From NCBI GenBank assembly GCA_963924565.1, contig OZ004612.1:29698001-29762000 (forward strand): a DNA stretch of 64,000 nucleotides, read 5' to 3'. Position 1 is the first letter of the stretch. Every line of letters starts with the position of its first letter. This document shows positions 52,552-62,376 of the stretch, in pieces. This stretch comes from Ascidiella aspersa (lineage: Eukaryota). The translations under genes were made by a program, and so were the position numbers. The notes under the pieces are model-generated. The model saw only the letters and a program-made list of their open reading frames with translations. It ran no database searches and was not told the DNA's origin.

Positions 52552-55500
52552 GTTTAACCCTAACATAATAACTGTTGTCTGATTCTCCTCAAGTTGAAAG
52601 GATTATCTCGGCTATACGCTTCACAATAGACTAAAGTATGCTTGCACGTCCCTCAAACAGTTTGTTTGAAGGTTTGCCTCTATTGACCGCTAAGACATTT
52701 TATGTAAAATAATCATACTTGCTAAGTTCCAGAAATAGGCTGTATTTTAAGAGATGCCTTTGGAGAACTTATAAAGACTGTTTGGATCCAACACCTTGAA
52801 AGAACCTTTTATATGGCCCTGCTATACGTTACGAAATGCAGAGCTTGAGACTAGCCTACATGGGTTATTCACTATGCTCAGGTCTGACATTTTATTACGT
52901 CTTATTCTTGCTACGAATTCATCTTCTGCTGACAACCAAGCTACAAAAGACGTTTAACAAATGCATTTAACCAGCTGCTATAGCAGAAGCGGGATTAGCG
53001 GATATAGTGACTCCCTCGCTTCCTATGTAATGGTCATTTAGCTATAAGTTCCGAAAACACATCACATAGAGACGTACACGCTATTCACACAGTGCTTTAT
53101 TGTTTTTTTAAAATGGTATTCTATAAATTATTTAATCAACAATCTGACAGGCTCTATTTAATCCCTAAGGTCATTTTATTTTTTGTTATCTATAAACATT
53201 CGGTGAGATTCAAAACTAACAGGCACTTTATCTAACAATGAATACAACTAAAGAGATATCCGGTACTTGATTGTTTATCGATATTTTTGGCCAAAGGCGT
53301 CCTATACGATACAATGCTAATTAACTTTTTATGCCATAGTTTGCTTTATCTTATAAAGTAGCTCTTCTGAGCTAATATTAGTAAAAGCTGTTCTAAATAA
53401 TATCATTTTTTAAGATGTTCAAGGTAAACTTCAAAAGTTGTTTTACAGAAAATCATGCTTTCATTGGCAAATTTGCTACTTATACATCAAAAACGTCACC
53501 AATTTTATCCTAGAATCGGACAAAAAACGATAATTGCTATTGGATATCGTCTTCGATCTAAAAAAATTCGGATATTTCTAGATACAATACGTTACATAAA
53601 GCGAAAATCCTAACTTTTCTTACTCCTATCTTTTGTATTGCATGTTCCGGTTTGAATTATTGGACCAACATTTTTGATAGGTTGGATTCAATCGCTAGAT
53701 ACATGTTTTTTTTTGGTATCTTAACATTCGCGAGATTCGACGCAGATCTCTCGGGTTGTAGTTGTTTTCTTGTAGAGTAAGTTCTGTCGTCTGCGTTAAA
53801 AAAGATGCAGTAAAATCGTTTCATTGAATGGCCGTTTTAGTTGGTGTCAACGTCATTTTTCAACAACATGTGATTTTCATTTGTCGGCAATTGCGGAATA
53901 TCTTAGGTAACGTTGTGTAAACAATCAGTTCGCTTTTAAACTTTCCGGCCATATTAAATGCTTTCCACACGAATTCACAACTATACAACCTACGGTGGCC
54001 GACTTAACGAACTGGAAGCAGTATCTTTGGAACATCCCGCTGTCAATCAAACAAATTTAATCCGCAATAAGTCACCCACTATATACGGCCACTTATCAGC
54101 ATATCCTGTAGCGAATATATAATTTTCTGTGGTGAACCGCGCTGTATTTGCGAGAGAATATTACAAAGCCTATATAAAAAAAAACATGGGTGGTCAACCT
54201 TATTATTTTTGGTGGGCAAGCTTATTAGTCTAAAACATGGGTGGGCAAGCCTATTAGTCATAGGTAGTAAATCAAAATACAACCACAGCACGATTGCCTG
54301 CTGCATCATTATGCATGGAAGTGGCAGTGTTTAACGACAAATTGTATTAAATCTTGAAAAACATTCGCACATACGTGCTTTACTTAAACAAAGCATAAAT
54401 GGAAGCAGGCTTAGAGAATAGTAAGCTGAGAACCAAACACAACACCGTTGTCTACTTTTATAACGTTTCATCAACGAAAGCATGCTTTTGCCATCTGATA
54501 GCTTCCTACTTCGGCCTTCAGGTGGTTTCAAAACTGAAAGCTTAACAACCAATAACTTGAAATAAGTTGGCCAAATTACGCGGCGTGAAAAACTGTTTTT
54601 CAGACTTATGAAAGTTTGTAAAGCTACCACCAATAAAAAGGTTTTCACTTCTAATTTAGACATTTAATTGTTGTAATAATATCCGCTTCGTTATGGAACA
54701 ATTTTTGGTGGTCATAAATGAACCTGTTTCAGCGAAATTTGTGACACGAATCCGATATAAATGTTTCTTAAAGCGATCAAACACGTTATACATTTTTAAG
54801 TATCTTTTTAATTTCTTAGTCAAGCTTCCCTAACAAGAACATTGCAACTTGGTTCCACTTTAAATTTAGCCCCACTGTTGGTTTGTGGTTATCTGCTAGT
54901 CAGTTCTGTTTATATTGATGTATGCATATGATTAGACCGTTGAAGCTAGATTTGTTCACAAGTTATTTAATATCTTATTATAAGCGAAAACTCGTATGAC
55001 TTACTCTATTTATAATTGGGATTTTAGATGCTTTCTTTAGGGCTTGAAGACAACTAATTATAGTTACAAATGGAAAGAAAACTCAAACAGATTTACATAT
55101 AGTTTCCGGGCATTTATCTTCAAATCCTGGCTAACAATAAATAACGGCCAAGCTTTGGTACAATGATTTGTTTTGAGGTATTTTCGTTTTACGTTGCTTT
55201 GTTCAGTTTTAGCCAGGCTATTAATTTCTTTGGTCGCTTTGATTGGCTTCTGTGGTGATTTCAAACTAGGTTTAATATTTTAAACCTGATGTGAGCGTAG
55301 GCTTTAATTTCACAAGCGTTAATTGATTACTCAAGAGCTTTTAAGAGACACACGTCCTAATTTTGAGTAAGAATGTCCGATACTCGATATTTTTACAAAC
55401 ATTATCGCGATACGATACTAAATGACCCGATTACCATGATGAAACAAGTACATTAGATGGATCGAAACGTTCAAGGCATCTTTTTTAAGGTTTTCGGATA

Positions 55501-55569
55501 CAAATTGGCTTAGCGTTAAGTAGTTACCTATGATTGTTAACCTTCTGTTTATGATAAATTTACCCTTTA

Positions 55570-55826
55570 ATTTAACGCTACGATTCTACCCTAAAGGCCT
55601 GTTTACACTACAGCTGCACTGAGCTGAGCAAAGCGTAATTTGCATTTAAATTATATTGTGGCGAGCGTTTCACGCTTTGCTAAACTCAAGCCCCGCGCAG
55701 CTAAAGAAACACGTTACGTTTGGGGCGATTTTTTAGTGAAAACAATTTCACGCCCAGTGCAGCTCAGCTCCGCTCAGTGCAGCTGTAGTGTAAACGGGCC
55801 TTTAGGGTAGAATCGTAGCGTTAAAT
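55570..55826. mobile_element. Palindromic MITE with ~55-bp inverted arms and Harbinger-like inner termini
   Basis: 55570-55624 is the reverse complement of 55772-55826 with one mismatch; contains GGCCYGTTTACACT. Confidence 0.8.
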
Positions 55827-56327
55827 CGGCATTTATGGCCGGAGAATTTCTAATGATAACTTAGTATCGGACCGGCACCTATATTAACACTCGCTTTCGA
55901 TCTGATAATTTCGGACTTCCCAAATTTTGAGCAGATATTTTATTTTCTGTTACTTTTGAAAGTTTTGCATATATGGGAGTCCATTGACCAGGAGTTAAGT
56001 TTCCTTGACGGCAAAACCAAATTTTACAAGTGTGATATTTTTATTTCTACTCGAATTGAGAGTGTCCATTTTTGGATACAAACGAAAAACTCACCATAAA
56101 ACAAAACAGAAATGTAAATACCTTACAAAAAGCTAGTAATACAAACAGACTTTATAAACGTGATTTATTTTACTTCTTCTCAAACTGTGTGTCCGTTTTG
56201 GGAATACAAACGAAAAACACCATACAAATCAAAAAGAAATATAAATGCAAAAGCTAGCAATACAGACAGACTGTAAAACCATAATAAAAGCCAGTGGGAT
56301 TATTTCAAACAGCTGATGGTGATTTAT

Positions 56328-56487
56328 TCACGCTTTTGAGTTTTCTGTTTGTGTTTCGTCATTATCGGCCAACAGCGATGCTCTTGTGACGTAAGAAACG
56401 ACTGGCTTGTTGGTGACGACACTGGGCTGACGCGAAAACGCGAAATCCATCGTTGGATCCTTTTGCATCGATATGAACGCTTGGATT
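56328..56487 (-). CDS. Terminal exon 'tail C' (IQAFISMQKDPTMDFAFSRQPSVVTNKPVVSYVTRASLLADNDETQTENSKA*); phase-compatible with the TM exon at 57242-57375 (97-aa product)
   Basis: attttacag| phase-2 acceptor, GC-richer coding-like composition, TGA overlapping AATAAA. Confidence 0.62.
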
Positions 56488-56561
56488 CTGTAAAATATTT
56501 TAGGATTAATGATTAAATAAAAGGTTGAGAGACACATTATTTAAACTAAATCAGTGGTAGT

Positions 56562-56782
56562 CAGGGACGCCGGAGAGGGGGGGCGCGGGGGGGGCGGGGG
56601 CAAGCGCCCCTCCTGCCCTTTGCTAAGGGGGCAAATCTAGAGGGCGTGGCCGCAAAAATTTTTCCGAGGGAGCACCCCCCGACACCCTAATATTTCGGCT
56701 CGCTACGCTCGCATGCGGTCTATGTTGCCCTTACCAAAAAAGTCTCACCCCCCCTTGCCCTGAAATCGCTTCGGCGTCCCTG
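56562..56782. mobile_element. GC-rich hAT-type MITE (221 bp) in the intron between TM exon 2 and tail C
   Basis: Perfect 11-bp TIR CAGGGACGCCG; perfect TSD GTGGTAGT. Confidence 0.92.
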
Positions 56783-57241
56783 GTGGTAGTCAGCCCAAAG
56801 TTTTGGGGTATATCTCCTTTGATATGAAAACCTACTTTTATACTTACTACTTATATGTAACGAGTTTTCGCGACCAAGTGTTTGTCTGTCACCACATTGG
56901 GTTTTAGCTTACTTGTGGCTGGGTTGGTATTTTTAGTTTTTACTCGAAATTAGAAGACAGTTGAAAACCTTTGACTATAACAAGAGATTGGTTTAGTTAG
57001 CAGGTCACCAAATTATACAATGATCCGGCCCGCAGAAATAATTTAACTGGCATATTCCTTTAATGAAGTTAAACTCATTAATAACCTCAACAACATAATA
57101 TATACTTAGTTCATAGTTATATATACGTCAATTGAAATAGTTCTACACTTGGATTTTTTGCGTTTGTGGGAACCTTACCAAAGCAAACAAACAGTTTTTA
57201 CTTGTTACCTACTGTTGGTTGCAATTTACTTTTTCTCTTAC

Positions 57242-57375
57242 CTCATTTTTGCTATGTCTTTTCTTATTTTGCACAAACACATTACAGATAGGATGGAAAG
57301 AATCAGCGACAATACCCCACAACAAATTAAACTGGAAATCTGCCATAATTCCATCACACCTGTATAATTCTGCAT
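57242..57375 (-). CDS. Putative first coding exon of a small single-pass membrane protein, copy 2 (MQNYTGVMELWQISSLICCGVLSLILSILSVMCLCKIRKDIAKM-)
   Basis: Same 134-nt length and frame as copy 1; phase-2 donor AG|GTAAGA. Confidence 0.75.
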
Positions 57376-57422
57376 GTTCTAATGAAACTTTAATGGCTAC
57401 TAAATGATACTCCCAAAACGGT

Positions 57423-57458
57423 ACTGAATAGTTTCGCGATTAGACTCTTTTTTTTATA
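57423..57458 (-). promoter_or_regulatory. Core promoter (TATAAAAA plus TCAGT initiator) of TM-exon copy 2
   Basis: Same geometry as copy 1: TATA at 57458, Inr A+1 at 57425, ATG at 57375. Confidence 0.5.
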
Positions 57459-58120
57459 TCGCCTACTGCGGCTGGCGCGCTAAGGAATATAACTAGCTTA
57501 GTTAGGCTATTTGCATATTTATTATTTCCTTAATAGACTTGTTGACGCAAATCTATTTAAGGGCGTTCCGAGAAAGCTTTAAACGGACGATATTGTTCTG
57601 TATTTATCTATTTGTTAAAAATGGAAACTGTGGTCTTATCGAACTGATCTGTTTGATGTCTAGTCCTCTTACTTGTATATTCATATTAAAAACTTCATGT
57701 CACAACTCGATACATTTTTATTATTTACATTAAAAAAATGGCCACATACATGTAAAGTTTTTTATACTAATTGATTATTCGTCTATAACAAAATGCTTTT
57801 CATTTCATTCTAATTTCATCTCGGTTTTCGTGAAACATTTAACGAAGAGAAATTCAACTTTATATTTCCTAAAACAAGTTTTGCTCGTGGACAATAATCA
57901 CAAATTCGAAAAAAACGATGAAAATGTCTTGCGCACAGTGTAATGAATAATGATGGAAGATGTGGGTATATTTAGGCCAATAAAACACTAGGTAACAATG
58001 TAAACCATTTTGTTAGCCACAAATGGGTTATTATTCTTTTGGAAAAAACAGCTGTTTGATTAAAAGAGTAATGACTAATTCTTCTAGTGGAAGGTCTATC
58101 GTGATACAAAAACAACAATT

Positions 58121-58523
58121 TTACGTTATATCATCTTGAGTTTGGTTTACACAGTTAATATCCATGTTGTAAATCACGTTTTTCACCGTTTCACATTCAC
58201 CCGAACTCTCTGCGTTTTCCATTTGAAATATTTTCCCATCTGAACCTTCTTTAGCCACAGAAAGACTGGCTGTGCAGATCGAAGCTGTTTTCTCTGTAAT
58301 ATCGCCAACAAAGCTCTCTTCAATGGTGGCGTAAGTCGGCGCTTCTACGTCATCGTGCGATTGTGAATTGGTGTCGATTACAAGTGCAGCGTCTTGTTTG
58401 TTTACTTTATCATCGTAGCGCGTGGGTGTTTCTCGTGCCATCGAGTATACAACTGTACCTGCTTGATCAGCAATGCTGTTGCTATCTTTGACTTGTACAC
58501 ACGCTGTTTTATGCAATAAGCTC
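58121..58523 (-). CDS. Terminal exon tail A-prime (paralog of 61974-62376); phase-compatible with the TM exon at 60998-61131 (178-aa product)
   Basis: ttattacag| phase-2 acceptor; open frame of 133 codons; both synonymous and non-synonymous differences from the other copy. Confidence 0.72.
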
Positions 58524-60284
58524 CTGTAATAACAATATATATATAAGAAGGCGTACCTTTAATCTAAAACCATTGGCATTCGGTTTCTGCTTGTCGATCA
58601 CTGTTCCGCGTATATCACCAATAAAACTTAAAGTTTAAAACCCAGGTAAACCAAAATTATCCATTTTAAAAAAAATATATTTTTCGTATATACTGGCAAT
58701 AAATATTTCTTGAAAAAAAAAATATATATATATTTCGCTTATAATAGCATTATATATGTATGGAGAATATATGTATACATATTTTGCCAATAATGGCATC
58801 GTCAGCTCCTTAACGCTCCTTAACGTGTCAATAATAAAAGACTGCCGGAATTACTTTCAAAAATAGTCTCCTTTGAACCCTAACTGAAAAATGTCGCATT
58901 GTTTTTATACCTTTAATAGCCTAATATCCTTCAACGTGTCAAAAGTGCCACTAATACACAACAAAATGCGATACTTGGCAAATCGTTTAACCCTAATACA
59001 CACAAAAACAAGTTACATACACTTTGTACAAGCAGGGCCGGGTTAACATAGTGGCAGATGTGGCAGCTGCTACGGGCCCCGCGCTTGGTGAGCAAACATT
59101 GTGTTTTTGGCAAAAAAATGTCGAACATATGGAAGTTGGTAAGAAATTTTTGGCTGACAAACTGGAATGGCGTGGGATAATATTATAGTTGTAACTTGTA
59201 AGTTTAAATTACTAGTCCCAAAATATATTGATAAACAAAATGCACAATAAACATATATAAAAAATGCTAGAAACAATTAGTTACATTCCGAGCCGTTTTA
59301 CCAAACTATACAACGGGTGTGCAATTTTTCCTAAATGCTTGCTTAAAAGTCATGCACGAGCAACGATGTGTTAGACTAGCGGTTTTTCAGAAATGTTTGT
59401 GAGAGAACTAGCCTCTCAATTATTTGGTGACTTGTGTGCTCCGTCTGATCAACAAATCATTTTTGCGAAGCGCAAAACACACAAAAACTTAGCCAAGTTA
59501 TGTCACCCATGTAATTTTGGTAGGCCTACTTGAAAAATATATTTTTGGTTTAAAACACTAAACATTAAATAACGCAATAAAGTTCGTTTGGATTGGATTT
59601 TCTGGTCCATCTATAGATAGATTATATCAAAAAAACAAGGCAACAAAGTACTGTTGACGTTTTTTATACATTTAGACGTATCTAAACCATTACGATTAAG
59701 TGACAATATTGGCCTAAATTAAACGAATACCACCATGTAAAGGCAACTATATTCTGCACAGGAAGCACAGCCCTTAACATGCGTACTGTACAACCAATAT
59801 ATAATCCAAATAAGTCATGCTAAATGTCGCCATTGCTACTTTGGCAATACAAAGTTTTTCGAAATATCTTAAAATCCGCTTGGACCAAGAATTGGACCTT
59901 TTTTGGAGGAATTTAGTAGAAAAACTATTGAGGCAAATAATTTTTTTTAATGATAGATTATAACTAGAAACGTATGGCTTCATTTGCTACGGTATAATAT
60001 GCAAATTTAAGACTGTTTTCAGTTACAACGAGTGTAGGTGAAAAAATGAATATAACGTTAAAGCAACATACGCATATCTGAAATGAATATAAATGCAAGT
60101 TCAAACATCAGCAAGTATAAAAAAGTCATTAAACAAAGTATTTTCTCGGTCGGGTACAACAGCAAAAAATAGAATATATTTTAGAATGTAAAACAAAAAG
60201 GTGTTTTACGCGCCGTGAGATATAATTTAAAATCATAATTGCCTTATTCATTTTTCCTGCCAGCCTCTAAAAGTTTAAAAACCC

Positions 60285-60620
60285 TAAGTTTTGTGCGTCG
60301 TAAAATGTTGTCTCGTTATGGTTCGGCACCTGCACTTCGCTATGGACAGATGTTGTGCGCAGGTTTGGGCTTTGGAGACGGCTTTTTTCACGCATCGTTT
60401 AGGCCCGCCGAATGTTGTCTCGTTTCTCCTCGCTGTTTGAAAAGAAATACCTCGACTATTTTCGTAGCTTTCGTAATTACTGCTGAAGTCTGAATGTCCT
60501 GCCCTCGTGACTTTCCTGGATGTTTGTCGAAAGTAATGCAGGTTCCTCTTCTTCCGCTAACTCAACGATATCTTCGGTCGAACCCGTGACATCAGCGGAT
60601 GAGCGATGTCCTCGAGGTCT
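60285..60620 (-). other. Candidate exon or pseudo-exon 'tail B' downstream of TM exon copy 1
   Basis: GC-richer island after a tgccatag| acceptor. The phase-2 frame reads DLEDIAHPLMSRVRPKISLS* and then stays open ~90 more codons. The frame is ambiguous. Confidence 0.35.
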
Positions 60621-60997
60621 CTATGGCACAAATTATTTTTCAAGTATTATAATGACATAAACCTAGTATGGGAGTGATGTATTCTGTAAAATGGTTTAAA
60701 ACTCTTAAATACAATGGTCATGCAATCAAAATCATTGGTTGCCAAACTTGATTTTGGGGGAATTTTTTGGAGTGATATACAATACAATACATCATTATAG
60801 TCGTTAAGTTAATTTAAACAACATAATACTAGTTTGATGTCTTTGTAAAACATATTTGTGCTGTATTATTTTATTTAATACTGGCCCAAGGCTACTATAT
60901 AGTCATATATAGGTCAATTGGGATTAGTTTTTACTTGTTACCTACTGTTGGTTTTAATTTTGAATACAAAAGTTAATTGCAATTTTTTATTGCTTAC

Positions 60998-61131
60998 CTC
61001 ATTTTTCCTCTGTCTTTTCTTATTTTGCATAAACATAATGCCGAGAGAATGTAAAGAATCAGCGACAATATCCCACAACAAATTAAACTGGAAATCTGCC
61101 ATAATTCCATCACACCTGTATAATTCTGCAT
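60998..61131 (-). CDS. Putative first coding exon of a small single-pass membrane protein, copy 1 (MQNYTGVMELWQISSLICCGILSLILYILSALCLCKIRKDRGKM-)
   Basis: ATG in AAC-ATG context after an in-frame TAG; ~22-aa hydrophobic run, CLC then KIRK; strong phase-2 donor AG|GTAAGC. The frame is conserved without indels in the paralogous copy, with synonymous third-position changes. Confidence 0.75.
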
Positions 61132-61178
61132 GTTCTAATGAAACTTTAATGGCTACTAAATAATACTCCCAAAACGCT

Positions 61179-61214
61179 ACTGAATAGTTTCGCGATAAGA
61201 CTCTTTCTTTTATA
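61179..61214 (-). promoter_or_regulatory. Core promoter (TATAAAAG plus TCAGT initiator) of TM-exon copy 1
   Basis: TATAAAAG at 61214-61207; Inr A+1 at 61181 (33 nt spacing); 50-nt ATG-free leader to the ATG at 61131. Confidence 0.5.
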
Positions 61215-61973
61215 TCGCCTACTGCGGCTGGCGCGGTAAGGAATATAACTAGCTTAGTTAGGCTATTTGCATATTTATTATTTCCTTAATAGACTTGTTG
61301 ACGCAAAGCTATTTAAGGGCGTTCCGAGGAAGCTTTGAACGGACGACACTGTTCTGTATTTATCTGTTTATTGAAAAAGGGAAATGCAGTCTTATCGAAC
61401 TGATCTGTTTGATGTCTAGCCTTCTTACTTACATGTATAATATAAATTTGAGTTGAACTGTTTGACGTTTCCAGTTGAGGTACGGATGTGGTTCAAGGAT
61501 TTTTTCGGAATCCGGTTCAGTTCCTGTGACGTTCGTAGCCATTTAATAGTTTCGGTTCGGGCTAGGTTTGACTCACTGTTTTTTTATTCCATACACTATT
61601 TTTAGCTCGATTTTCGTAAAATATACAATTCAACGCTATATTTTCCAAAACAAGTTTTGCTCGTGGGTGGTATATGGCATTTTTGTATTTGATTCAATTA
61701 AAAGAAATAGAGTAATGATCTAAAACAATTAGACAATAATCAGAAATTGGAAAAGTACGATGAAAATCTCCTGCCTATAGTGTAATGATGAAAAATATTA
61801 AATACATTTAGGTCAATAAAATATTAGGTAACAATGTAAACCATTTTCTCGACCACATACAGGTAATTATTCTATCGGGGAATATAAGAATGTCTCCTTA
61901 CTTAAAATAGTATAATGAGTATAATGCATACTTGTTCTAGTGGAAGGTCTGTCGTTATTCAATAACGGCTATT

Positions 61974-62376
61974 TTAAGTTACATCATCTTCAGTTGCATT
62001 CACACAGTTAATATCCATGTTGTAAATCACGTTTGTCACTGTTTCGCATTCACCCGAACTCTCTGCGTTTTCCATTTGCAATATTTTCCCATCTGAACCT
62101 TCTTTAGTCACAGAAAGACTGGCTGTGCACATCGAAACTGTTTCCTCTGTAATATCACCAACAAAGCTCTCTTCAATGGTGGCGTAAGTCGGCGCTTCTA
62201 CGTCATCGTGCGATTGTGAATTGGTGTCGATTACAAGTACAGCCTCTTGTTTGTTTACTTTATCAACGTAGCGCGTGGGTGTTTCTCGTGCCATCGAGTA
62301 TACAGCTGTACCTGCTTGATCAGCAATGCTGTTGCTATCTTTGACTTGTACACACGCTGTTTTATGCAATAAGCTC
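61974..62376 (-). CDS. Terminal exon 'tail A': acidic, probably disordered cytoplasmic tail with Tyr motifs (AVYSMA, TRYVD, PTYATI, VIYNMD); its upstream exon is probably outside the window
   Basis: ttattacag| phase-2 acceptor, 403-nt open frame; frame conserved without indels versus the copy at 58121-58523. Confidence 0.72.

Noticed and set aside
57149-57407. Plus-strand ORFs or exon ending ...HNSITPV* (PDZ-like end), also 60918-61163
   Set aside because: The ITPV frame has a stop and lacks the acceptor in the paralogous copy. The minus-strand TM frame is preserved in both copies with a canonical donor and synonymous changes.
58121-58516. Stand-alone 131-aa genes starting at the ORF-track 'M' (also 61974-62369)
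   Set aside because: The start is TTG, 7 nt inside a splice acceptor; these are spliced terminal exons.
59033-59090. CAGGGCCGG.. left terminus of another DNA transposon
   Set aside because: No matching right TIR or TSD could be located, so boundaries cannot be supported.
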